Assembly (NCBI GenBank): GCA_964247055.1
Contig: OZ176050.1
Location: 8,432,001 to 8,496,000, forward strand
Source of the DNA: Paragordius varius
Taxonomy: Eukaryota > Animalia > Nematomorpha
Reading direction: 5' to 3'
DNA: 64,000 nt
Position 1 is the stretch's first letter. Each line of letters begins with the position of its first letter. Positions 49,781-61,140 of the stretch are shown one piece after another. The position numbers were made by a program, and so were the translations under genes. The notes beneath the pieces are model-generated. The model was not told where the DNA came from and searched no databases. It saw only the letters and a list, made by a program, of their open reading frames with translations.

Positions 49781-50779
49781 TTAAGAGTAGACATTAATAT
49801 CCGTTAGATTGTTTTCATTCCCTATTAATTTGATTATGTCATACAGTAGTTTATTTTTGTTTCTCGTTTTAAGGTGTAAGTTTAAATCCAATGATATTCC
49901 ATCGTTTTCTTTGTTTGTCGAATTGTAATTCTCCAATTCCTTACAAAGTATTGCTTTAAGTGAATTAGTAATATTGTATTCCTTTAAATAGGTAGAGTTA
50001 TTTACATTGTTATCGGAATAATTTTGCTTCTGCGACGGAATTTTAGGAGCTTCATTTAAAATATGTTGTATAGTAAAGGTTTGTGTAATATTAATATTGT
50101 TTGTAACGTTCTTAAGTAAATTGTTTAATAAATGATTATAGATATTTCTTAGCATTCGTTTGCGATCATCGCTGTTGCTTGAAACATTTTGGGTAACGTT
50201 GATATTTGTTATATTGGTATAAATATCATTTTTGTTCCAATTATAAAAATTATAAAATTGGTAAATTTTCTTATCGTTTAAGAAGTTGTCACTCTGCATT
50301 TTTTGATTGTCATACATATCTTTAAAGCGTAAATATGATTTCATGATATTGTTATTTTGAGTTTCATTTTGTACTAAATCATTCTCGTTATTATTATTGG
50401 AAGAATCGTTAAACCATTTCATACCATTGAGTCGTAAATATATTTGAAAATCATTATTATTATTATAAGAGTACCTTGTAATTGAGACATTACTAATTGG
50501 ATTTAATGTTGTTGTAGCATTCAATTTTTGTTTAATATGATTTATGACTTTGGACAAATACCATTTGCTACGGTCTGAATAAGTATTACCATCCCCAAAG
50601 TATTCTGAACCAGCTCCTATTTTATTCTTCAAATCCTCTTTGAATAGAATATCGTCAATATCTTGACTAAACACATAAGTTTTCCTGTTGGGTGAATCAA
50701 GAGGTTTCATATTAAGTTTATATATAAATAATAAAGATAATGATATATGTAATAAAATTTTGTAAAAGTTTACACTCAT
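49781..50779 (-). CDS. Orphan Asn-rich protein, 332 aa, probable signal peptide
   Basis: Stop-free 999-nt ORF in very AT-rich DNA, hydrophobic N-terminus (ILLHISLSLLFIY), about 15 N-x-S/T sequons; no recognised domain; may have further exons. Confidence 0.6.
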   Translation of the reverse strand: MSVNFYKILLHISLSLLFIYKLNMKPLDSPNRKTYVFSQDIDDILFKEDLKNKIGAGSEYFGDGNTYSDRSKWYLSKVINHIKQKLNATTTLNPISNVSITRYSYNNNNDFQIYLRLNGMKWFNDSSNNNNENDLVQNETQNNNIMKSYLRFKDMYDNQKMQSDNFLNDKKIYQFYNFYNWNKNDIYTNITNINVTQNVSSNSDDRKRMLRNIYNHLLNNLLKNVTNNINITQTFTIQHILNEAPKIPSQKQNYSDNNVNNSTYLKEYNITNSLKAILCKELENYNSTNKENDGISLDLNLHLKTRNKNKLLYDIIKLIGNENNLTDINVYS

Positions 50780-51356
50780 TCATTGTGTTTTAATAAGAAG
50801 GTATATTTATTTTAATAAAATTAATAAACAATCAATGTTATATTTTTACAAATGATTATTATATCGTAAATTTTGAAACACAACGGCGGTTTCACTATAA
50901 TTACGCATTTTAGAATACCTTTGAATATTTTTTTAAACAGTAATAATCTTGATCGTGTATGGAGAAAAAACTGACCAAAACATTGATTCTGTTTCCCAGA
51001 TCCTTAGAACCAAAATATATTTCTATTTTAAAACAAATTTAATTTATATCTTACTTATGAAAAAAGGTATTTTGAACTTATATTAACCGTCAATTATTTT
51101 ATGCCTTTATAATCGATTACCCAATTTAAATATCATTAATGGCCAGAACTTCTTAAGTTCATATATCTTGAATAGAGTGGTTGAGGCGTTGAATTATCTG
51201 CGTGTGATTACATAATTAATAAATCCAACATTTCACCATTATTACTGTGAGAATCGGGCTAGCCTTGAACCCCATACATTTTTAACAAATATAACTATAT
51301 TTTTTTCTTTTCGGTTTTTATCCTAATTGTGATGATTATCAATTTACCCTTTATAT

Positions 51357-51420
51357 CAGTGGTACTCACCAAAAAATTTTTAAATGGAAAAATATTTTTC
51401 TAGCTCAAGGAAACCGATAA
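51357..51420 (+). mobile_element. Solo left end of the Charlie-like hAT family
   Basis: CAGTGGTACTCACCAAAAAA identical to the start of the 46758 element. Confidence 0.6.
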
Positions 51421-52722
51421 TAGCTATTTGACACATTTTCAGATATTAATCCAAATAAACAAATCAAAAATTTAATAAAAAATTCGGGGCGATTGGTTTT
51501 GGATAGTTTATGTATCTGGAAATTTAATTAACAAAACACTTAATATAAATTGAACACTGATATTTAATAGCGAGAATAGGAGAAAATCCTAACAAACAAT
51601 AAGGGTCCGTTTATATTCATTTATTAATGACTAGTGAATGTAATACGACTTTATGGCATACAGAACATGCGCTTCGGAATGCGATCATTTCAATATTAGG
51701 CGATTAGCAAAAAAACACTCATTAAGCATGTTTATAAAAACAATATTTCATTCCTTACATAAATCAAATAATCTTGCACACAAAGATAATAGCTAATTTA
51801 AATTTGTATGTGGTTTTAGTATGAGATATTATTTTTAAAATTTGTTCATGGATTATCATCAATTGTTATTTAATATTCAATCAAATTTGTCACTCGCCCC
51901 AATAAATAGTACCGGTACCAAATATTTTTCGTAAAACCTTTTGATGGTGTTTTGGTTAAATGTTTTGGTTATGAATCCATTTTATTAGATTGATAGATGA
52001 TCGAAATTATTATGTTGTAAAATTGTCGCATACTCTTAGCTCAAGATAAGTGTTTACCATTTTGGACAATCTTAGGCATCCCACAAAAAGAATGATTTAT
52101 AACCGTTTTGAATATTAAAAGCCCCCTTTAGCGCGGGCTCTTTTTTGGGTATCCTAGATCAACCCAAGAATAATTTCTTTCAAGGAAATTATAAAATATT
52201 TTTTGTAGCGATAACAGTTGTTACCTTTTTCTTAAATTTTAAAAACTTACTTTGTATCTCAAAAAAACACATATAAAAAGTACGTTGTTTATGCAACAAT
52301 TAGCAGCTGGAGTTACGGATCGTTAAACCTAATAAAAGCGGTTTTTATCCGTGGTCCTGTGATTTATCCAAATGTTTAAATTAACCTTGTTCATACTGTT
52401 CTACATACCGTGGATTTCATTATTTTTAACGTATTAGCATAGACCAATCATAAAAATTAGAAAATATTTTAATATAGTGAATACATATGGTGGAATTTTA
52501 TCACGATCATTAATTGTTATTTCATGATTTTATTAATAACCAACTATAAAATAAATTATAGACAAAATTCTAGGAAATATAATAAATTATATAGATTCTG
52601 AACTAAATTAATAAGATAATTTAATAGAAAAAATATGTAAATAAGACACTTTGCACCGTTGTTTCATAAACATCTATGTCGACTAGTGTATATCCAATAT
52701 TTCACCTGATACACCTTTTTCA

Positions 52723-53519
52723 ATGCAAATCGCATGGAAAACGTTTAATCTAGTCTGTGTGGATTATATTGATGGTATTGTAATAATTATTTCAAGGGGA
52801 TTTGTTTTCAAAACTATTGGCTATATCAAGCTTAATTCCTATATTTATTATATTCGGATCAATTACTTTGATATTTTTTAGAAGATATATGCATACAGTA
52901 AACATATTTTTATTTAAAGATTACATTTTTTATTGGAGTTCTTTTAAATACAGCTATTGGATATTCCATAAAAAAGTTTATAAAATCTCCGAGACCAATT
53001 CGAGGTTTACTAAATTTTATATAAAGATAACCAAATTGTATTATCCTATGGCATGCCGTCAAGTCATGCTCAATTTATTTGGTTTTTTATTGTTTACATG
53101 TACTTATTTTTAAAAAATAAGTAAACTTTGATATTTATTTAGGAATATATCGAATTATATTGTTGATTTGGAGGGTCATTATTTTAAAAAAGTTACCGAA
53201 TTCTTGTTTCCATTTGCTCTAACGATTATGGCAATATTAGTTAGCTTTAGTAGGTACTAACAATTTAATTTTATAGAATTTATTTATTGTATCACACAAC
53301 ACCTCAAGTTATTATAGGAAGCATACTCGGGGTTATATTTGGGTTCGCTTGGTACCAAATATATGATCACACAAAGCATTACTACAAAAAAATTGTTAAG
53401 CAGTAATATATATAGATAATTTTAGCCATGTCTGTCAAACCTTTATGATTAAGGATTGCACTGATATTCCGAACTTACTCATGTATGAACACAAAAAGTT
53501 ACAAAAGTTATCCAGTTAA
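52723..53519 (+). CDS. DOLPP1: Dolichyl-diphosphatase 1 (PAP2 family), 7 exons, 220 aa
   Basis: Exons 52723-52774, 52797-52897, 52920-53004, 53027-53120, 53143-53253, 53277-53402, 53426-53519 give a stop-free 663-nt frame with KKFIKSPRP, YGMPSSHAQFIWFF, SRIYLLYHT..QV..G and FMIKD..DIPNLL. Confidence 0.93.
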
Positions 53520-53858
53520 TCTTTGGCATCCATCCAATTCCATTTTAATAAATGACTTCATAGTATAATCGTCTATATTTTCTATTTCCTGTACAGCTTT
53601 ATCGTACCCAACTGCTTTACAATAATCCATTAGTTCATTTGTATATTTTATCCAAACACATTGTTGGCATCCTTGTCCACAACACATGGTGGGTATAATT
53701 GGTGGTTTAATATCATTATCCATCATATTGTTTATACTATCATAATAAAATTTGGGTGCGCTGGGTAGTTCTGGAATCCCTTTATTAGCATCTTGCGAAT
53801 ATTTCACATAGATTGGTCGAACCAGCTTCGATAACCTTGTTAAATTACATACATTCAT
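53508..53858 (-). CDS. OXLD1: Oxidoreductase-like domain-containing protein 1, single exon, 116 aa
   Basis: PPIIPTMCCGQGCQQCVWIKY..EL motif and C-terminal D..MKSFIKMEL; basic presequence-like N-terminus. Confidence 0.85.
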   Translation of the reverse strand: MNVCNLTRLSKLVRPIYVKYSQDANKGIPELPSAPKFYYDSINNMMDNDIKPPIIPTMCCGQGCQQCVWIKYTNELMDYCKAVGYDKAVQEIENIDDYTMKSFIKMELDGCQRLTG

Positions 53859-54520
53859 AAAAATTGATGAGAATTCGAATTGTTGTTTGCAATAAATATA
53901 AATAAAGTTGAGCTTATAAAATTTGCAAATTTACAATCCTGTAATAATAATAAAATTTTGAGCGCAGCAAACCTAAGCGCTGTAGTTAAATATTTTTGTG
54001 TTAAATTTAAGAAATTATGCATCCATAAAAATTTATGATGATAGAATTTACCAATAATCAATCTTAAATTATTAGGAACAAAAAATCATTAGCTATGCGA
54101 ATATTGTTTTAATAACAATTATATAACAGCTGCCCACAAAATCGTGATTTAAAAAAAATATATTTTGAGAGAAAAATACATCAGGATTATCATGGTGCGT
54201 TTGGGGTTGGTCCTTACAAGTGGTTTAATAAAGTTCAGACTTTTTTGGTAAGTCCCCCTTATCAGAAAATAACAAAATTTGCGCACATTTTTTAAATAAA
54301 ATTTGGTGAAGACTAGAGGCCTTATTTCATAAAATCACTAAAATATCTCATAAACTACATAAAAAATGCAAAACAATATTTATAAAAAAAATAATTTTAG
54401 ATGCGGTTAAAAGTCCCATATTTTTCTACTCTTTTAACATGGATTATTTCTTCTAACACTTCATGACTTTTGGTGAATTTATATATCCCACATGGATATG
54501 AATATCTAAAAAGTATTTAA

Positions 54521-55084
54521 CACTTCGATTCGAATTGGGGTATCTAAATACCCCAGAGTAAAATTAAATTAACATTTCTAAAGTATAGAAGGAAATGGCC
54601 CCATTTTAATTTATGCTTCTATCCTAATAAAAATTTAATAAAACCAAAAAATCTAAATAAAATTTTGTTTTAAAAAAAGTATCATGTCAAACTACTTGAA
54701 CGCCATTTTTATTTTAAAAAAATTTTGCTAAATATCGTGTTTATTTGATTCTAACATTAAAATCAAAGCTAATTTTTTATTTTAAATTACATCTAACATT
54801 GATAGAAATAGAAAAGTGGTTTATTTTTTATTTTTCAATTTAGCCAATGCACATATGTTACGTTGGCTTAATTTTCACCTTCGTGTTTTACATTAAAAAG
54901 GTTATATCAAGTATTTTTTAATAAAAATTTTTTATATATCGGTTTATTAATGTTAAACGGGTGCAAAATTTTGCCATGGTTTCGATTCCTTCCATATTAA
55001 AGTATTTAAATTTTTAACAGGCCTGGGGTATCCAACTACCCCAATTTGAATCAAAGGACTGAAATAAAGTGTTGTAATCAAGTG
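54521..55084 (+). mobile_element. piggyBac-like MITE, copy E1
   Basis: TTAA|CACTTCGATTCGAATTGGGGTA at left; right end has the same subterminal repeat plus a spacer and ends CAAGTG (right TSD degenerate). Confidence 0.7.
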
Positions 55085-55474
55085 TGGCCGAATTTAAAAT
55101 GCTTTAGTCTTTTGGGCGCATCATACAAAAAATTTTTTTTTAAAATATAAAATTAGAAAAAAATCCTCACCTCAAACTTTTTTGCCGTCATTTGAATCTT
55201 TAGCTTTTAACATCTAGATCCATCACGTTCATTACAGTCCTTCGATTCAAATTGGTGTCTCGGGGACGCCAGGCCTTTTAAAAATCAAATATTTTTAAAA
55301 ATATGAATCGAATTGAAACCAGGGCAAAGGTTTGCACTTTTATAACATTGGTGCACTCAAATATAAAAAAAGATTATTTTAAAAATAGATAATACTTATT
55401 TTATGAATAACTTCAAGATAAAAATTTAGTCCCCATGACATGTGGGATTTAGATATAAATCACATATGACTTAA

Positions 55475-57478
55475 CACTTCGATTCAAATTGGGGTATCTT
55501 AATACCCCAGACTAAATTTTGAATTTTTAAAAAAAATACTGAAGGAAACGGTCTCAATTTAAATTTATGCTTCTATCCTAATAAAAATTATATAAATGTG
55601 CCATTGTTGTTGTTGTTTGCTAAAGTCGATTCCGACTAATTGCAACATTGAAAATAAAGCTTCTCCATTTATTGCGATTTCCGGTTTTGGTGTTTAGGTC
55701 GGATAAGGATTGGTTGGTTTCTTTAAGGATGTTATCCATCCAACGAGTTCGTCTTCTCCCTCTTTTTCAGGCACCACTCACTTTCCCCAGCATCAGTGAT
55801 TTTTCAAGTGAGCTGGATCTCATGATGTGCCCGAAGAAGGAGAGTTTTTGCCGTGTTAAGTTGCCAAGAAGTGACATTTCTGGGTTAATTTTATTTAGAA
55901 TGGTGGTGTTTGAAACATTGTCTGTCCATTTTGTTTGAAGCAGTTTCCTCCAGACCCATAATTCGAAAGAGTTTATTAGACGTACATCATATTTTTTCAG
56001 TGTCCAGCTTTCCCCCCCATACATGAATGTGGGGAAAAGTGTAGCTTTAATTAATCTGATTTTGATTTGTAGTTTAATGTCATGTGACATCCAAAGCCTG
56101 TTATATTTAAAAGTTACTGCTTTAGCAATAGCAATTCTTCGCTTTATTTCAGGCGTAGAGTTGTTCTCATTATTAATAATGCTACCTAAGTACGTGTAGC
56201 TGCTAACTGTTTCGATCTGGTTGCCGTTGAGGATTATTGGATTGGTTTGAGCCGGATTTCATGCATGATTGAAATTGATATTTAATCCTAATTTATTGCA
56301 TTCAGTTGTAAACACTTGCAAAGCTTGCGATAATGTGTCTACACTGTCTGCGAATAAGACTGTATCATCCGCGTAGTGAACGGATGTAAGTAGGTTCCCA
56401 CCTACGTTGATGCCGTAAGTTTGTGGGATATTTCTTATAATGCACTCCAGGTATGCGTTAAAAAGAATTGGTGATAAAACGCATCCTTGACGGAGGCCGA
56501 CTTGTACCATACATGGGTCAGATATACCGTATGGTGTGGATACTATAGCCGTGGAATTTGAATAAATTGAAAATATGATGTTGATTAAATGTGTTGACAC
56601 TCCGAGTTGTTTTAGAGCTTTCCGTAGTTTATTGTCCTGGATGGAATCAAATGCTTTGGAAAAATCGACAAAGCACATATGCAATTCTTTGTTAAATCGA
56701 TGTGTTTCTCGAATTTCCACCTCATGTTACATATCATATCTCGGCATCCTCTACCTTTTCGAAAACCAGCCTGAATCGTGGATATTTCGGGGTCAAGAAT
56801 GGAATTTAGACGAAACTGTATTATTTTTAGAAAAACTTTGGACACCTGGTTTATGAGCGCTATGGTGCGATAGTTGTCACACAGTTCTGGGTTACCCTTT
56901 TTTAAAATCGGAATCATAATGGATGTACACCAATCCTCAGGAATTTTTTCCATCTCATATATGGTTTGAAAAAGTTTGGTGAGTATATCGATTGGAATGT
57001 ATTTTATTATTTCAGTAGGGATGTCTTTGTGGCCCTCTGATTTACCGGTGCTAGTATCTAAATAAAATTTTGTTTGAAAAAAAAGTTCCATGTCAAACTA
57101 CTTCGACGCCATTTTTATTTTACAAAATTTTTGCCGTCTTAATTTAATTTTTAGGGTAAAATTAAAGCTAATTTTTTATTTATATTACATCTAACATTGA
57201 TAGAAATAAAAAAACGGTTTATATTGTATTTTTTTTCAATTTTATCATTGCACACATTTCATATTGATACCTTTCGGTTTTAGCTTAAAATAATTAATAT
57301 CAAGTATTTTTGAATAAAATTTTTTATATATTTCGGTTTATTAATGTTATATACGTGCACTTCGCCATGGTTTCAATTTTACCCATATTTTTGAAGAATT
57401 TATTTTTTAACAGGCCTGGGGTATGTAATTACCCCAATTTGAATCGAAAAACTAAAATGAATGTGTTGTATCCAAGTG
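55475..57478 (+). mobile_element. piggyBac-like MITE, copy E2 (hosts the RTE LINE)
   Basis: TTAA|CACTTCGATTCAAATTGGGG ... TATCCAAGTG|TTAA; collinear with E1 apart from the LINE insertion. Confidence 0.8.
55604..57052 (-). mobile_element. RTE-BovB-like LINE, 5'-truncated and frameshifted
   Basis: KSEGH.DIP.E, ILKKGN, NYRTIAL, QAGFRKGRG, CFVDFSKAFD, GLRQGCVLSP, YADD, YTYLG, YGGESWT, LSFFGHIMR, EKSLMLGK; 3' end AGTCGGAATCGACT plus a (CAA)n tail. Confidence 0.9.
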
Positions 57479-59422
57479 TTAAATAAATTAGCTTTAATTT
57501 TAGCATTAGAATCAAATAAAGATTACATATTGCAAAAATGTTGAAAAATATTAATGGCGTCGATATGGCAAAATTATTTTAGAAATTTTATTCAGATATT
57601 TTAATTCATTAATATAATTTTTATTCAGATAGAAGCAATTAAGCGTTTATTTCCTTTGTTTTTAAAAATTCTTAAACATACTTGAGGTCCCTAAACACCC
57701 CAATTTAATCGAAGTCTTAAATCGCTAATTCAACAGCCAAATAAAGGTATATTATGGTTAGAAACAGTAAATAATTAACTTCAAGCTTTCAGGCTACATT
57801 TTACCAGAAAAAACTTGATATATTTTGTTGTCTCGATGTCTAGAAGTCAAAAAAATATAATCTTTATATAATACATGAGAACAATGTTCGATAATCAAAT
57901 TTTAACAATAACTTTCTAGCTCTGGTAAAACTCTGAATGTAAACTAAAGCAAAAAAGAAATATCATGAAGTGTTAAGGCCGAATAGCAACTATAACTTTT
58001 TCAATATACCCTGATTTTTTTCATGCTAGCTCTCATTTAATTTTGTTAGATTTTAAAAATAATGAGATAAAACGCTTTTATATAAAAAAAAGCATAGTTA
58101 TTTTTACATTCTATGATTTGTAATTTTTTCTCCGTCCCCAATACTGAACATCATATCTTTCTCTGTAATACAGAGGCATATTAATCAAACCATTACATAG
58201 ATACTATTTTATAAATTAACACAACCCGTGAATAACCAAATTTTTATATTTTTTTTCAAAAAATGTTGCATTTTTAATGCTCCATCAATGGTAGCTTTTA
58301 TGAGTCATTAATATTTTTGTATCCGCGATTCAACTGTCTGCTCAAATATATTAGAGTATTTTCCTTTGGGGAACGTGATTTCCAAATTTTTGGAATTTAA
58401 AAATACTGAGTTTTTCTGAAATATTGCAAGACAAAAACTACATTGGAAAATCTAAATTTAAATTATTATGACCTGCATTTGTTAACATTTAAAAATATTT
58501 ATAATATAAATTTTTAATAATGATGGATTTCCTGGTAAAATTGTGATAAGGCTAATATTGTATCTTATATAAACAATTATATATTTAAACTTTTCATATA
58601 GGTTTGTTGTCTTAAATCACAAAACATATTAAAAATGCAATATCATTTCCGCATTGTTTGTATAAATAAAACAATATTACTTGCTCTAAATAATTTAAAT
58701 TTAAGATATGGTGGTGCGATGCAGTTTAGTTAACATAAAGTTTTAATATTTTATTTTAAGAAAAATCGTTTTGTTGTAAGAAATGAAATATATAATCAAA
58801 GTACATTAAATGCATGACCTAAGTTGTGATATGATAATATAATATCCATTTATTAATAATGAAAAAACTTTCTTTTACTATTTCTGCATCCTTGTACTGT
58901 ACTGATCAATTTTAACAAAACTATGATATAATCAAATATATTTTTTTACCTTTTGCATTCTTATACATACATAATATCGATACTAACATGTCTTCATCAA
59001 AGAAAATGATATACAATAACGATAGTAATATTTTGAAATTGCCATATATATATATATATCAATAAGATGTCTCTCGTCATACACCTTAGTAAACTTTATG
59101 AAAATTTTTTTTTGAACACTGTGTATGATAGAACCTTCAAATATTTTTCTTTGTTATTAGCTACGTGTTATTGTTTTTTCTCTAAATTTAATTAATAATT
59201 TTCAATTTTTAAAACCACAAAATTACAAATTTTTTATATATACATAGTTAAAAAACAACAACCTTTTAGAACCTATTTGATACATATATATACGCACATC
59301 CCTATCATCATATATATCATCGTCTCGTAAAACAAAATTAACTATATATTCCTTATTTTAAGAAAAACATATAAATCTTAATAAAGTTTGTATTAACCAA
59401 CCCTCAAATCATATATTTGAAA

Positions 59423-60881
59423 ATGTCCACAATTTGCCATGAATGCGAAAAAATTGTTTATCATATGGAGAAAATAGAGGCTAACCGATATGCCTACCAC
59501 AAACAATGTTTTAAGTGCAAGAGTTGTGGCATAGCTTTAACGTAAGATTTAAAGTTTTAATCCATTTTATTTATAATTGACTGGATAAGGCATTTAATAC
59601 TTTTTTCAAGCCCATTTATATAGAATTTATATATTTTTTTAAATAAAGGGAAATAGAACAAAGTTTTATAAATAAACCAAAATAGATTGATTAAATAATA
59701 AATATTTAAAAATACTTAACAAAAAATAGCAATATAAATATATGAATGTCAATTTTTTGATCAATTTATTTAATTAATTAATTTTTGAACCAAAAAAAAT
59801 ACGTATGAATAAATATACACTGGTTTTATTCCAAATAGACCGCAAAGAGCAATAATATTGGCTTAAAGCTATTTTTTTATTTTTCATGTTTTTCATCAAT
59901 AATAATTATCTTTGCTGTATATCTGGCAGTAATTAGTAAATCAGTTGTGAAATCGCTGTTTTTAGATTTCCTTTTCATTTATTAATAGTTTTATTAGTAA
60001 TTCAAACGAAAAATACTTTAGTTTCTTATACATTTATGATCCTAATTATAGCAACGCAACTCAGGATGCTAATTTATTTTGTAGAGTTTTATGAAAATTA
60101 ACCAGACAATACCGAGTTTGTGTGTTATAATATACCATTTGCACTTCAAGAGAGCACTTGAACATTTCAAGTTTCTCCTTGACATAAGTAGATTTTTGAA
60201 CATTTCAAGTTTCTCCTTTAACTTTTTTGTTTTGTTTTAAACTTTTATCGATCAAATCGTAGGCAATTCATCTATTTTATCATTTTTTAACCTATTTTCA
60301 ATATTTAACATAAACTTTAAATCAATATCTTAATATTCATTCAGGAACAAAATATTATTAATTTCATATAAATTATTTTAAATATTTATAAGATCATTAA
60401 AAAACATACAAGATTCCTGGGCTTTTATTTACAATTTTTCTTAAAAACATTTATAAATTTATGATTTTGTTAAATTGGATAAAAAGTAGTTGAATCAAAA
60501 AAGTGGTTTTTGAATAAAAAATATTTTTAAATGAATAAATATATAATATGTAAAGAAAATTGGAAATATAAAAATACAAAATATATGCAAAAATTATGGT
60601 TAAATTAAGCTTAAAAATTTTACGGACCAAGAGAAAGTTTTTCAAAGAACCAACGTGTGTTCAAGGACCAACTTGAAATGTTCCATACTCTTGAAGAGCA
60701 AATGGTATATATTGTCATTAATATAAAAGTTTTTATGTGCAATAGATTGCAAAATTATGGATCATACAATAATAATTTGTTTTGCAAGAACAAATGCTTC
60801 AAACAAATTTGGCAGCCACACGCCCAACTTGATGGAGTTAGCCGCGTCAAACCAGTTTCGTCCATAGAATCTCAAAATTGA
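59423..60881 (+). CDS. Single-LIM-domain protein, CRIP-like, 2 exons, 84 aa
   Basis: Exons 59423-59541 and 60746-60881: C-x2-C-x17-H-x2-C-x2-C-x2-C-x17-C-x3-C, the CRIP1-type ligand spacing. Confidence 0.85.
60133..60707. mobile_element. MITE family A copy in the LIM gene intron
   Basis: TA|TACCATTTGCACTTCAAGAG...CTCTTGAAGAGCAAATGGTA|TA; interior collinear with 750-1285. Confidence 0.85.
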
Positions 60882-61140
60882 TTTTATGCATTAATATTTC
60901 ATGTTAATTAATACATAAATTTAGGTGTTTTGAATAATAAATTTTATCTTATCCATTTACTTATGATTTAATCCAAAATTTATGTAATTTTATGATTGAT
61001 TGTTAATAAGCTTAAATACTGATGAGAAATGATCACTATTGGTGCATGGTTTTATTTTTATGTTTTGAACTTTCTGTTTAGTTCATTATAGAATAATTTA
61101 AATATTTATTTCAGGGATCTTACAAATATAATAATTATAT

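Larger units (their letters stand above)
55211..57716 (-). mobile_element. piggyBac-like MITE, copy E3 (reverse orientation, hosts E2)
   Basis: TTAA|CATCTAGATCC..CTTCGATTCAAATTGG left, CCAATTTAATCGAAGTC|TTAA right; left interior is the reverse complement of the E1 right interior. Confidence 0.65.

Noticed and set aside
52676-52690. GTCGACTAGTGTA matching the family C right terminus just upstream of DOLPP1
   Set aside because: Only about 13 bp match and no partner end, so it is too short to call an exapted TE promoter.
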